This document shows, piece after piece, positions 11,434-22,811 of a stretch of 64,000 bases of DNA. The notes beneath the pieces were generated by a model. It did not search any database. It saw nothing but the letters and a program-made list of their open reading frames with translations, and had not been told where the DNA came from. The first letter of the stretch is position 1, and each line of letters opens with the position of its first letter. The DNA lies in contig RQSC01000027.1 in NCBI GenBank assembly GCA_013416795.1, positions 248,001-312,000 on the forward strand, in the 5' to 3' direction. The stretch is from Prasinococcaceae sp. CCMP 1430. Lineage: Eukaryota; Plantae; Prasinodermophyta. The position numbers were made by a program, and so were the translations under genes.

Positions 11434-12433
11434 ATGCCGCCTGCTATGGTGCTGGAGACGCACGAGTACATACACACCACTGCGTACTGCAACTGCGGCC
11501 TTTGCTGCGGCTGGGAGTGGGGCATCACGCTCGGGACGCTGCCCGTCTACCTGCCGCTCTCTTGGAAGCGGCGCGCGTCTGGCCAGCGGTCGGTGCCCTT
11601 CAGGCCGAGGCGTCGGAGGGCGTTGCCCAACGGGAAGGACCACCGTGAGTGCTCGCGCGCGGGCAAGGCCAGGCTTACGCGCGGTGCGCCGCCCGCGCGA
11701 CGCCGCGCCTCGCTCTGACGCCGACGCCCTCTGTTGTCCGCCCTGCCTCGCACTCAACCCGCCCTGAATCTCTTGCCCTGGGGCCTTGACAGCATACGAA
11801 CACCGCCTGGATCCGCAGCGGATTTCGGACCACGCGCGAGGTGCGGCCCTTGGACTGGGCATCGGGCTCGCCGGCGGGCTCGGGGCGCTCGCGTGCCGCC
11901 ACTCGCTGTTGCCCGGATCGCAGCTGCTGCGCAAGGGGAGCATCGACGTGCTCGCGAAGAGCGCGCGCACGGGCAAGCGCGGGTGGAAGTCGGCCCAGAA
12001 AGCGATCATGCCATACCTGAGCATTGGTGGGGTGGCCGGCACTATCGTCGGCGGCAAGATGCTTCCCATTAGGAAGTACTGGGCGGAGACGTCGCTCGCG
12101 GGCATGCCCTACACTGGCCACACCGCGACCGGCGACAGGCCGCGGACGCCGCGCCCCGGACTGCTGTCGATACAGTCGCTGCGCTCGCCGTGGACAGTGC
12201 CGCTGCGGATCGTCACCTTCCAGTGGGGAGCGGTGGACGGTACCATCGCAGCCGACACAGACCACCTCCCCTTCGGCACGCGCGTCTTCGTGCCAGGCTA
12301 CGGCTGGGGGAAGGTGGCCGATCGCGGCAGCATGGTTGCCGGACCGGGGCGCGTCGACCTTTTCCACTCGTCGCACGAGGCAGCTCTGCGCTGGGGGAAG
12401 AAGTCGATGATGGCCAAGATCCAGTGGGCGTGA
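11434..12433 (+). CDS. 3D (Asp-Asp-Asp) domain protein of bacterial type. Exons 11434-11644, 11793-12433
   Basis: TTAYCNCGLCCGW...HTATG...GTIAADTDHLPFGTRVFVPGYGWGKVADRGSMVAGPGRVDLFHSSHEAALRWG. A phase-1 GTGAGT...GACAG intron joins the two ORF pieces. Confidence 0.82.
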
Positions 12434-13352
12434 GCGCGGCGTCGCTCGTCGGGGGAGGTATTGCACGCCTGCTGCCGCCGCGAGCCAAGCAGGGCCCCGC
12501 CTGCGCGCAGCGCTCGATTCGCAGGGCATGCACCTGTAATACGTGTATTCTTGCGGCCGGCGCGCGGCGGCGCAGCGCATGGCAGCAGGTGGCGCCTCCG
12601 AGGCCTCTGGCTGAGGGCCGGGCGCCGGCACATCGCCGGGTGCACCACGCGCGCGCGCCCGCTCGGTGCGTCCGGCTGCAGCACTCGGCTCGGCGAAACT
12701 GCGCCCGCCGAGGATGTGCGCGCCTGCGCGCTGCGGCCGCGAAGAGGTGCACACGCGCACTGACCGACCGGTCGGCCGCGACCGGGCCGGGCCGGCGGCG
12801 CGTCACCGAACGGTGCGATGAACGCCGCGCAGCGCACAGTCCGACAGTGAACACCCCCCTTAGCCCTCGCGTGCTCGGTCGTAGGTGACGTGGATTCATC
12901 ACACTTTCGATGGATTTGTAGGTTCCAGTCAGGGTGGGTCACGCTGAAGCAAGTAAAAGTACATCCGGCTGCCACCGCGGCGTGGATTCCGTTCTCAGTC
13001 AGAGTCGACCCGCGCGCGCGCGCAGGCGCAGGGCGACGCGGCGCGGTTTTTTTCGCGGCAGCGCGGACGCACTCGCGCGCGACGCGCGCGGCAGCGCCCG
13101 CCTGCCACACGGTGCGCGCGCGCGCGCGACGCACCGGGCAAGGAAGGGTAGCCGCCGTGCCTGAAAGGGGGGGCGCGAGTTCCACGAGGAGGCACGCATT
13201 GGCGCCTCGAGGGGCTGCGAGGGGAGGGCGGGGGCGCTGCGCGCGCGAGCCCGCTGCTCGCCGCCCCGCGAGGCAGTCGTCGCGGAAACGAGAAAAGTGC
13301 GCAGCGCTCGAGCGAGAGATCCTCGCGCGCGCGGAGCAGCGGGCAGGGGAGC

Positions 13353-16300
13353 ATGGCTCCGTCCAGGGACGGGAAGCGGGGGGAGTTAGAGAGCGCTGAG
13401 GATGCCGGCGGGCCGTGCGGGACCGCCGCGACGGTGGAGGTCGCCTCCATGACGCGCTCGAAGCGCTCGCCGGAGCCCGACGTGGACGGAGGCGGCGGAG
13501 GCGTGGACGGAGCGGATGCGACAGGCATGGGCCTGGCCGGGACAGCGGCCGAGGTGGAGCGCGCTCACAAGAGGCAGAAGGTTGGAGCGAATGATGGGCT
13601 CGACCTTCTCACGGGAAGCCCTGCCGACGCGCACCCGGACAACTTGACGCAGATGCGCGTTGACGCGGACTCTGTCTATGCCACTGCCGATGGGCAGCAA
13701 GGATCTGGCGCCGGCGCCGCGAATGAAAGCGACGAGGTTCAGGCAGCACGGCGTCAGCGCACGCCCACGCCCGCGTCTGAACGAGGCGAAGCAGCTGAGA
13801 AGAATCGCTGCGAGAGCGCGCGCGCAGACGCGGACAAGTTGCTCCCGAACCAGCTGCTCTCCGCGAGTGTTCTTCCATTACGCGAAGGCGCCGGCGCCGG
13901 TGGGAAATCAGCAGGAGCACCAGCGGCGAAACCCCCGAGGGCGTACGATGGCACGTCAGCCCCCGGTCACCCGTGGGGCAAGCTCGTCTCCTTGAATCCT
14001 GACCTCCCGAACGAGACTATGTGCGGCACGGCGTACCAGTTCTGGGTTGGCGTCGGCGGTAAGCACGACCTCAAGCTCGACGCGAGAAAGGCCCGGGCGA
14101 CCGCGCAGGAACGCTCGCACTTCAGGCTGTGGAGGAGTGGCGACACCGTCTCTCTGGAGTCGTTGATGAGGGCGGCAGTGACTGTCAATGGCCGCAGGAG
14201 CATGCACAAAGGCGCCACGATCACGCTGAAGGGCGGCGATGAGATTGTGGTCAACTTTGCCGGAGAGGATGAGCCGCGCGCGTACGTGTTCGTGCCTGTC
14301 GCGCTACCGCCCGGCACAGAGGCGCCGTGCCCCAAGAAATTCCTCGCCAAGCGGACGATACCCAAGACCGCACCCGCCGTAGGCGAGGCGCCCTTCGCGA
14401 GCGCGCCGCGGGAGATCGTCGAAGCACACCGCAAGGCAGTTGTCGAAGCACGCAAGGCTCTTGCGGGTGGCAAAGTCGCCACTAGCGTTGCTGACAAGCG
14501 CGTCGACGAACTCGTCGCTCAGCTCGTGGGTACGTGCAAGCAGGAGGCTGGGGTGCATGCCGCAGGAGCTGGCGCACCCAGCGCTGGCGCCTGGCCCGCC
14601 CGCCTCGGCGACGTCCTCCACCATACCGGCATGGACGCGCAAGACATTGCTGGAAAAGTGCGACAGGTCAAGCTGGCTCGGGCGAAGATCGCCGGGCTCA
14701 GGACGGCCAGCACGGACGCCAGCGGACAGTCCGCCGCCCGGCAAGTGCAAGTCGCCGAGACGGCAGGGACTACGGCTGCCGATGCGAAGCAAGCACCCCC
14801 GCCCCCAGTCGATGCGATGGTTCATGAGGCTGCCGGGTGCAAGGCAACCGAACGATTGGTCGCGGGCGGCTCTACCAGCGAGCCGCACAGACAATCCGGC
14901 AAGGACCCGGCGTCTGTTGCCCCCGAGGATCTCGTTTCAGAGCTGAAAAAGCAGATGGCGATGGACAAGGAGTTGGCAATGGACGCTGACGCACGAGCCG
15001 GCGGCTCAAAGGAACAGAAGAGCAGTGGTCGGGCGGGGACGGAGGCGTTGAGGAAGCTTGTTGAAGCGATGCCCATGGATGCGAAGGCCGAAGACCTTGG
15101 GGCTGTCCTGATTGCCCTCGCCGAAGAGGAAGGGGCGCGGGGAAAGGTGCCCGCTCCTGGACGCATGGCGCCACCAATGAACTTGCAGCCGCCCAGGGAC
15201 CAGAGGCTCGTCAACACAATGGCGAATTTGCATGTGGTCAAGGGCGCGAGAGGGCTGAAGGCAGGATCCCGTGGACCTCCGCCTCCACTGCCCATCTTTT
15301 CAGAGCTTCCGAAGGGCGCTGCCGACGCGGCCAAGGCGTGGGAGTCGCCGGGCTTGCTCCCCCGCCTGGAGTCACGCGAAGGTCCGACGCAGGAGGCAAT
15401 GGCTACCGTCGATGCCCCGCGGGCTGACAGCGACGCGAAAGAGGAGGAGGAGGAGGAGGAGGAGGAGGCGAAGGACAAGGCCGCGCTTAGAAACAGCATC
15501 GAAGCTAAGCTGTTGGAGCACTACACGTGCGTCGAGAACATCAAGGTATCGCGGGGGAGCTTCCCGTACTCCCACTTGAGCGACGCTGTGTGGACCGCTC
15601 TCGTGCACACGGGCTTCCTGCACATCAACGCCGCCCAACTGAGCGATCACATCGGGCAGTTGCCAACCGCAAACAGCCGCGTCCTGCTCGTGGGGCCGCA
15701 ACATTCGGACCAGTACCTTGTGTCTCTTGTGCAGAGCGTGGCTGCTCAGCTGAAGGCGAACATCCTCACGTTCAACTGCGAGACGGCGCGTGATATGGTG
15801 CCGGCGCCGGCGGTGAGTCGCGGAGCTGCGGACAAAACAAGCCGGGACCCGCCGCTCGGCCGCAGTGAGCGAATGTACGTGAGCAGCCTCGGGGGGGCAA
15901 TGTCGCAAGCCCACGCCATGCTACGCGAGTCCTTTGGACTGGCCTCCAGCAGCCGCCGCAGTAGGAGGGACAAGGACCGGGGAGGCGATGATCCGCTGCC
16001 CATGCTTCGCGGTCTTGTGAGCCTCTCCAACCTGAATCGGCCCAAGGGCGGCGACCGCGAGCGTGGCGGCAGCAGCGAGGGATTTTCCAAGGGGGAACGT
16101 GTGCAGTACAGGGGCGGCGGCAGCAAGCGCGGCCCCTCCGGGGACGTCGCCGCGCCATCAATCGGGAAGACCAAGGCATGGTTCGCAGACATGCCCGCGT
16201 CGGCCAGCAAGGGCCCGAGGCTTGGACAGCGCGGTGAGGTCGTCGTCACTTTCGACGACAACCCCAAACGCGTCGGCGTGCGTTTCGACGCGCGCGTTGC

Positions 16301-18501
16301 TGGCGGCATCGACCTCGGCGGCGCTTGCCCGCGCGGGCGTGGGTACTTTTGCGACACGGTTGACTTGTGTCCGGAGGACGAGCGCGACGAGGAGGAGCGC
16401 GGCGAGGAGGTGGTGCTTGACGCGCTCTTCTCTTTGATCGAATGCAAGGCGAGGGAGGATCCCCTGGTGGTGTGCGTGCACGGCCTTGAGCAGTGGTGCA
16501 ACCCCGATTCCACCGAGCGCCTGGTGCACCTGAAGCGCAAGCTTGGGAAGGTCTCTGGGCGCGTCTTCTTCGTGGCTGCCTGCGCGGAGGACTGCCAGCC
16601 CAAGCCAAAGAGTTCCCCGAGCTCGCGTCTGGGCGGATCGAGCAGTCTCATGGAGATATCCTCGCTGCTTGGCGACGGTGGTCCTGGGGGCTCGGTCGAG
16701 CGCGGCGACGGCGGGCGCCTGGCGCGCATGTTGTCGACTGTCTTTCCTCACAAGCTGGTAGTCGGCCCTCCATCGGATGGAACGCTCGCCAGCATATGGA
16801 CGAAGGAGCTCGAAGCCGACGCCAAGACGCAGCGCCTGCAAAAGACTCACGCGAGTCTCTGGCGTGTGATGCGGCGGAACCACCTTGAGTGTGCGAGCAT
16901 GAACGAGGTCGACGAGCTTGACGCTGCGATGGATGGGACTGATGCGGAGCGCGTGCTGGCGTGGGCGCTCTCGAAGCACCTGCAGGAACGCGAGGAGGCT
17001 GGCGAGCCACTGCTACCGGCAGCGCAGGTGCGCGCGCTTGCTGAGCACGAGGCGGCCGATTGTGCGGTCGGAGAGCTCGGTGGCGGTGCTGCGGACGGTG
17101 CGGTGGCTGCTGCGGAGGATGCGCAGGCGGTGGGTAGTGCAGCGCCGCGCGGAGGTGTGGCTCCGATGGAGGAGGTTGAGCCTGCCTCCAAGGAGGCTGG
17201 CCCTGCCACGCCGACGAAGGTGGATGCGCGCATGCCCGCGAAGATGCAGTTGCCAGCGGCGTGCATCAATGCCGCCATCGCGCTACTGAAGACAGCGCGG
17301 GGCGAGGCTGAGGGCGGCGCTAGGGGCAAACTTCGAAGCGCCGCACTCGAGAATGAATTTGAGAAGCGCCTGCTGAGCGATGTGATCCCAGCGGAGGAGG
17401 TCGGCGTGCGTTTTGACGACATCGGCGCGCTGGACAAGGTCAAAGACACTCTTAAGGAATTGGTCATGCTGCCGCTGAGCCGGCCCGAGCTCTTCAAGCG
17501 TGGGAGCCTCACGCAGCCGTGCAAGGGCGTGCTTCTGTTCGGCCCGCCAGGCACGGGCAAGACGATGCTGGCACGGGCTGTGGCCACCGAGGCCGGCGCA
17601 AACTTCATCAACGTCTCAATGTCGAGCATTGCCTCCAAGTGGTTCGGAGAGGTGCGTGGGCGCGTGTCGGCAGCCATTGCGCGTGCGTGCAAGGTTCGCC
17701 TCTGTTGTACACGCATTCTGGGACGCACACGGCGCCGCGCGCTCATCTGTGCCCCCCTGACCTGCCACCCTCGTGCTCCCGCGCGCTGGCACTGTGCAGG
17801 GTGAGAAGTGCGTCAAGGCGCTTTTCTCGCTGGCGAGCAAGATCGCTCCGACAGTCATATTCATCGATGAGATGGACTCGATGCTCAGCAAGCGCGCATC
17901 GTCCTCGAGCGAGCACGAAGCGATGCGCAAGATCAAGAATGAATTCATGAGCAGCTGGGATGGCATGAAGACTCGCTCTGAAGAGCGGGTCATCGTGATG
18001 GGGTGCACCAACCGCCCGCAGGACCTCGACGAGGCAGTGGTGCGCCGTCTGCCGCGCAGACTGATGGTCCCGCTTCCTAACGCTGAAAACCGCGAGAAAA
18101 TCCTGCGCATCCAGCTTAAGAACGAGGAGCTCGCGCCCGCGACAGGCGAGGACGAGTTCGACTTTGCCGCGCTGGCCAGGGAGACCAACGACTACTCCGG
18201 GAGCGACCTCAAGAACATGTGCGTGGCCGCCGCGTACCGCCCCATCCGCGAGATAATTGCCGCAGAACGCGCCGCGGCTAAGAAGGACAAGTCACCGGCG
18301 GGCGAAGACGAGGGCGACAAAGACGAGGGCGGCAGCGACGAGCTGCGGAAGCTCAAGATGGATGACTTCATCAAGGCGAAGGGCGAGGTGCCCGCGAGCG
18401 TCGCGGCAGACGCGCCGTCCACCAACGAGATGGAGCAGTGGGCAGCCATGTATGCCAGCGACGGCTCGCGGGAGAGGCAGGTACTCACGTATTTCATGTG
18501 A
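13353..18501 (+). CDS. Plant-type large AAA+ ATPase (MSP1/ATAD1/spastin clade) with N-terminal FHA-like domain. Intron 17652-17799
   Basis: PWGKLVSLNP (FHA-like), KRVGVRFD..GGIDLGG.C, NEFEKRLL, GVLLFGPPGTGKT (Walker A), IFIDEMD (Walker B), DLDEAVVRRLPRRLMV and YSGSDLKNMC. Confidence 0.92.
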
Positions 18502-18584
18502 GTCCGGGGTCAACATCCTGGGTGGTGCCAAAAATAAGTACCAGTACATATGTTATCACATACACGCATCTGCAAGTCCGAGCG

Positions 18585-21500
18585 CTAGTTCCCGCTCTCA
18601 GTCAACTCGAGCCGATCCACCATGGAGTTGATGAACTGCCGCACCGACCAGGGCATCTCACTGCCTCCGTTGAGCAGCTCGATGGCCGCCTGCTGCGCAC
18701 GCTTGACGAGGTCGCCGTCGTTGGCCCAGTCCACCATGGCCAGCCCCGGCAGCGTGGTCCCCGTATTGCCCCACTGTTGGGGGCTGAGCATGTGGCCCGG
18801 CCCGCGCTGCTCGAGGTCCAGCATCGCCAGCTCGTAGCCGTCGGAGCACTCCTCCACCTTGAGCAGCCGCTCGCGCGAGTCGTCGGATATATCACGGCGC
18901 GCGAGCAGCACGCAGTGCGCCTGCTCGCTGTTACGCCCCACGCGCCCGCGCAGCTGGTGTAGCTGCGCGAAGCCGAAGCGCTCGGGGCTCTCGATGACGA
19001 TGTGCGTGGCCGTGTCGACATCGACGCCCACTTCAATCATGGTGGTGGCGAAGAGCACATTCACCTCGCCGCGCTTGAAAGCCAGCATCACCTCCTGCTG
19101 CTCGCTCTTGGGCAGCCCCCCGTGCAGCAGCCCGCAGCGCACACCCTCCACCTCCAACACGCCGCCTGGCGCGGTAAGCTCCGCGTATGTCTGCTCGACA
19201 GAACGCAGGCCGGACTCTTCGTCCGACGAGGAGATGGTGGGAAACACCACGTACGCCTGTCGCCCGCCGCGCGCTACATCGCGCACTGCCTCGTACGTAG
19301 CCGCGCGCACTGAGGGCGTGTCCCAGCGAAGCTCGGTGGCCACCGGCATCCTGCCTGGAATGGTGGAGTTGAGCTGGCTCACGCCGATCTCGCCGTGCTG
19401 TACCATGGCGAGCGTGCGCGGGATTGGCGTGGCGGTCATATTGATCATGTGCGGGTGCGGGTAGTTCTTGCGCCGCAGCCTGGTTCTGTCACGCACACCG
19501 AACTTCTGCTGCTCGTCGATGACGGCCACCGCCAGGCTCTTGAACACGACTTGGTTGGCCTTGCCGTATACAAGAGCGTGCGTGCCGATGAGAACGTCCA
19601 CCTCGCCCGAGCGCAGGTCGGCCAAGATGCTCTCCCGTTCGCGCTGCTTGGTTGACGAGCTCAGCAGCTCCACCCGCGGCCGGGGCTGCCCCGGCGGCAG
19701 CGCATCCGCGAAGCTCGTGAATGCGTCAAAGAGCTGCCGCGCGAGCACGCCCGTAGGCGCCATCAGCGCGCCCTGGTGGCCAGCGCCGAACGCTGCCATG
19801 AGTACCAGGTATGCGATGACCGTCTTGCCGCTGCCGACGTCGCCCTGGATGAGCCTGTTCATCGGCTCATCTTTCTGCATGTCGCCGAGCACCTCCTCGT
19901 ACACCTCACGCTGCCCCTCCGTGAGCTTGAAGGGCAGCGCGCTCAGCGCGGACGCGAGCGTGGAGGACGGCTTTATGGGCGTCGCATGCGCGCCCGAGTC
20001 GCTCAGCCCTCGCTCGGCGAGGGCCTCGAGTCGCGTGTGCTCGCGCACCAAGCTCAACCCGACCAGACCCTCGAACTTGAGGCGACCGTGCGCCTTGTCG
20101 AGGTCCGCGGCCGTCTGCGGGCGATGCATGAGCTTGAACGCGTCGCGCTGCGACACTGGGTACATCCGCGCAGGCAACGGATCGGCACCCTCGGGGAAGC
20201 GCTCCATCAGCACCAGCACATCCCCGATGTGGTCTCCGATCTTGTCGCCCTTGAGTGGCGTGCGATCGCTGTGCACGGGCAAGAAGAGGGGGCCCTCGCC
20301 GAACGCGCCGTAGTGTTTCACGTGATTGTAGGAGGTCGCCACGCCGCCCCTATTGACCTTGCCGCGCAGCGAAACGGCGGCGCCCGTGCTGTACGTCTGG
20401 CTGAGCTTGCGCAGCAGGTAGTAGTTGCTGAAGAGTGTCACGCGCACAGATCGTGGGGGTGCGACTCCGTCTCCTGCCTCAACCTGCACATCAAAGGTCG
20501 CCCTTGTCACGCCGCGATTGCCTTGGCTGATCTTGAAGTCGGCGGCCACTCGGCCGTTGACGATCACCTCGTCGCCGTCAACGTGTCGGTCGTGCAGAGG
20601 CTCGACGTCAATGTACTCGCGCGGCACGTGCCACAGCAGGTCGTGCATGGTGTGAAAGCCCGCCTTCTGCATGCTCCTGAGCGGCACATTGGGCAGCTCG
20701 CCCTTCATCTCGGACAGCGGGGTGTACACCGTCACGCGGCGAGTTAGGCGCGCCAAGGTTTTGCGCGTCTCGTCTATCGCCTGCTGCTCCGTCTTCTTGG
20801 GTAGGGGCGGTGCTGGTTCCAATGCGATCGAGGGCTCCCGGTCGCCCGGCCAGCCGTGCCGTCCGAGTTGGAGGAGGCTGTCGGCGCTCAGCGCGTAGTC
20901 ATCCATCACCGCCTCAAGAACCAGCTGCAGGTGGCTGCAGTCGGACAGAGCGCGGTGCTCCTGCTCGTCGTCGATGCCGTAGTGCTCCATGAGCACCTCC
21001 AGCTTGCCCCTGTCGAGCACGGGCCTGCCCGCCTTGCTGCGCCTCGTTCCGTCCATGGCGGTCTTCTTTACCACGGTGAGCGTGTCACAGAGGAGCCAGT
21101 TGTCGGGACGCTCCAGCCCGCACTCGGGAAACCAGTGGGACAGCCACCTCGCGTCGAATCGACTGCCATTGTGCGCCATCATGACGGGGCGCGCGCGCGC
21201 GCCGTGTGACTCCACCGCCGCCTCGATGAAGCTGCTGAAGGCCTGCAGCGCATGGCGCAGCTCGACGCCCTCCGTAAGCAACATTTGCGGCGTAATGCCG
21301 GTGAGCTTCACGATGTTTTCCTGGAGGTCCACGTGCGCGTCGCCTGGGTGCACGAGGCGCGAGAAACGCGCGCCTGTGGCCACGTCGATCGCGGCGATTT
21401 CGATGATGCGATCGCACCTCTCGCTGAAACCGGTGGTCTCCAGGTCGAACAAGATCATTGGGTGCGACGCGCCGCTCCACGCGCTGGGCGAAATCTCCTC

Positions 21501-21992
21501 GGACTGAGGGGCGGACGCCTCTGCGCCAGAGAGCGCGCGCTCCGCGTCCGCGATGAGCCGATCCATCGTCGAAGCGCCGGATGATGTGGGCGCGGGCGCG
21601 GGCGAGGGCGCCGAAGGAGGCGTCGGCGGGCGCTGGTTGAGGTTCTGGGCCACCGCGACGACCAGCCCCTGCGACGTCGGCCTGTTCTTGGCGCTCTGGA
21701 ACATATCCGCCACGCCATAGAATTCCACCACGCGCCTGACCATGTCGGAGCGCTCGGGGACGGGCAGATGGTCGTAGCACAGCGCATCGCACAGCAGCGC
21801 CTCCGCCTCGTTGTGGCGCGAGGCGAAGCGCTCCGACTGCAGCGCACCTTGCAGCGCCTGCACTACAAATGTGCGGAAGTCGCCGCGCTTGCCCTGCGCG
21901 TTCGGGTACGACCGGCGTGCCTCATAGCTGCACGCCTTCGCGATCCTTTCGGCCTGACTGCTCTGCGACGCACCGTACGACGCGCGCGCCAT
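18585..21992 (-). CDS. RECG: RecG DNA helicase with an N-terminal DEDDh (DnaQ/DPD1-like) 3'-5' exonuclease domain
   Basis: Exonuclease motifs: FDLETTG, MAHNGSRFD, EHRALSD. Helicase motifs: MNRLIQGDVGSGKT, DEQQKFG, MTATPIPRTL, ATTMIEVGVD, QLHQLRGRVGR, DLEQRGPG. An alternative in-frame ATG lies at 22175. Confidence 0.92.
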   Translation of the reverse strand: MARASYGASQSSQAERIAKACSYEARRSYPNAQGKRGDFRTFVVQALQGALQSERFASRHNEAEALLCDALCYDHLPVPERSDMVRRVVEFYGVADMFQSAKNRPTSQGLVVAVAQNLNQRPPTPPSAPSPAPAPTSSGASTMDRLIADAERALSGAEASAPQSEEISPSAWSGASHPMILFDLETTGFSERCDRIIEIAAIDVATGARFSRLVHPGDAHVDLQENIVKLTGITPQMLLTEGVELRHALQAFSSFIEAAVESHGARARPVMMAHNGSRFDARWLSHWFPECGLERPDNWLLCDTLTVVKKTAMDGTRRSKAGRPVLDRGKLEVLMEHYGIDDEQEHRALSDCSHLQLVLEAVMDDYALSADSLLQLGRHGWPGDREPSIALEPAPPLPKKTEQQAIDETRKTLARLTRRVTVYTPLSEMKGELPNVPLRSMQKAGFHTMHDLLWHVPREYIDVEPLHDRHVDGDEVIVNGRVAADFKISQGNRGVTRATFDVQVEAGDGVAPPRSVRVTLFSNYYLLRKLSQTYSTGAAVSLRGKVNRGGVATSYNHVKHYGAFGEGPLFLPVHSDRTPLKGDKIGDHIGDVLVLMERFPEGADPLPARMYPVSQRDAFKLMHRPQTAADLDKAHGRLKFEGLVGLSLVREHTRLEALAERGLSDSGAHATPIKPSSTLASALSALPFKLTEGQREVYEEVLGDMQKDEPMNRLIQGDVGSGKTVIAYLVLMAAFGAGHQGALMAPTGVLARQLFDAFTSFADALPPGQPRPRVELLSSSTKQRERESILADLRSGEVDVLIGTHALVYGKANQVVFKSLAVAVIDEQQKFGVRDRTRLRRKNYPHPHMINMTATPIPRTLAMVQHGEIGVSQLNSTIPGRMPVATELRWDTPSVRAATYEAVRDVARGGRQAYVVFPTISSSDEESGLRSVEQTYAELTAPGGVLEVEGVRCGLLHGGLPKSEQQEVMLAFKRGEVNVLFATTMIEVGVDVDTATHIVIESPERFGFAQLHQLRGRVGRNSEQAHCVLLARRDISDDSRERLLKVEECSDGYELAMLDLEQRGPGHMLSPQQWGNTGTTLPGLAMVDWANDGDLVKRAQQAAIELLNGGSEMPWSVRQFINSMVDRLELTESGN

Positions 21993-22811
21993 CGCCGCCG
22001 CGCGCCGCGCGCCACGCGCTCGCGCGGGCGTAGCGCAGCCCGCGTCACGCGCCCCGCCGCGCGCGACTGCGGGGTTCCCTACCGACCCACCCGCACCACC
22101 AACCACCACCTCTCCCCCGCTCGTCGCCACCCCCCCAACGCCCCCTCCGCCAGCAGCCCGCGGCCGCGCATGCATGTGGCGGCGGCGGCGGGGGGGGCCA
22201 GCCAGCGGCGCGCGCGCGCGAGAGCGCGCACGCACATTTCGAGTGGAGCGCATTCGCATTCAAACGAACGCGTCCTCGCCGCGCGCCGCGCGCCCCCTGA
22301 CGGACTGACTGGGGAGAGTGCACTCGCGGCACGGGTCGCGTGCCTCGGTCGGTCGACGTCCTCCCCTTCTCACGCCCGGCCAGACAGTCTTGTCGGTCGG
22401 TCGGTCGGGCAGTGGGCGTCCCGCCGGACCCTTCGATGGATCGATGGATCCATCCATCGATCGATCGTGCCGCCCACTCGTCAGCAGCATCCACGCGCTT
22501 ACGCCGTCCTTTTCTGGGTTCGCGCCGCGTTCGTCAATCGGTCGGCGCGGGTCCACGCTGTCGGCGGGGTCGCTCTGTCAAGTGCTGTTGAGTGCGCGGC
22601 GCCGCACCCCCGGGCCACTGCGCGCCCGCGTGCGGCGCAGGGGGGAGGGGGAGCGGGGGGGGCGCTCGCTCAGACGGCGCGGAAGAGCAGGTGGGTGAGG
22701 GAGGCAGGCGCTGCTGCGCGACTGGCACGCGCGCCGCCGCGGTGCGCTTTTGCGGCGACGGTGGTGGCAGCAGTGGAGCCCAGCCGCGTGGCGCAGGCGG
22801 CGCGCTGCGCG

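Noticed and set aside
10824-11528. Poly-Ala ORF on the minus strand
   Set aside because: It derives from a GCC/GCT trinucleotide tract upstream of the 3D gene and overlaps that gene and the ClpP 3' end. No other coding signal.
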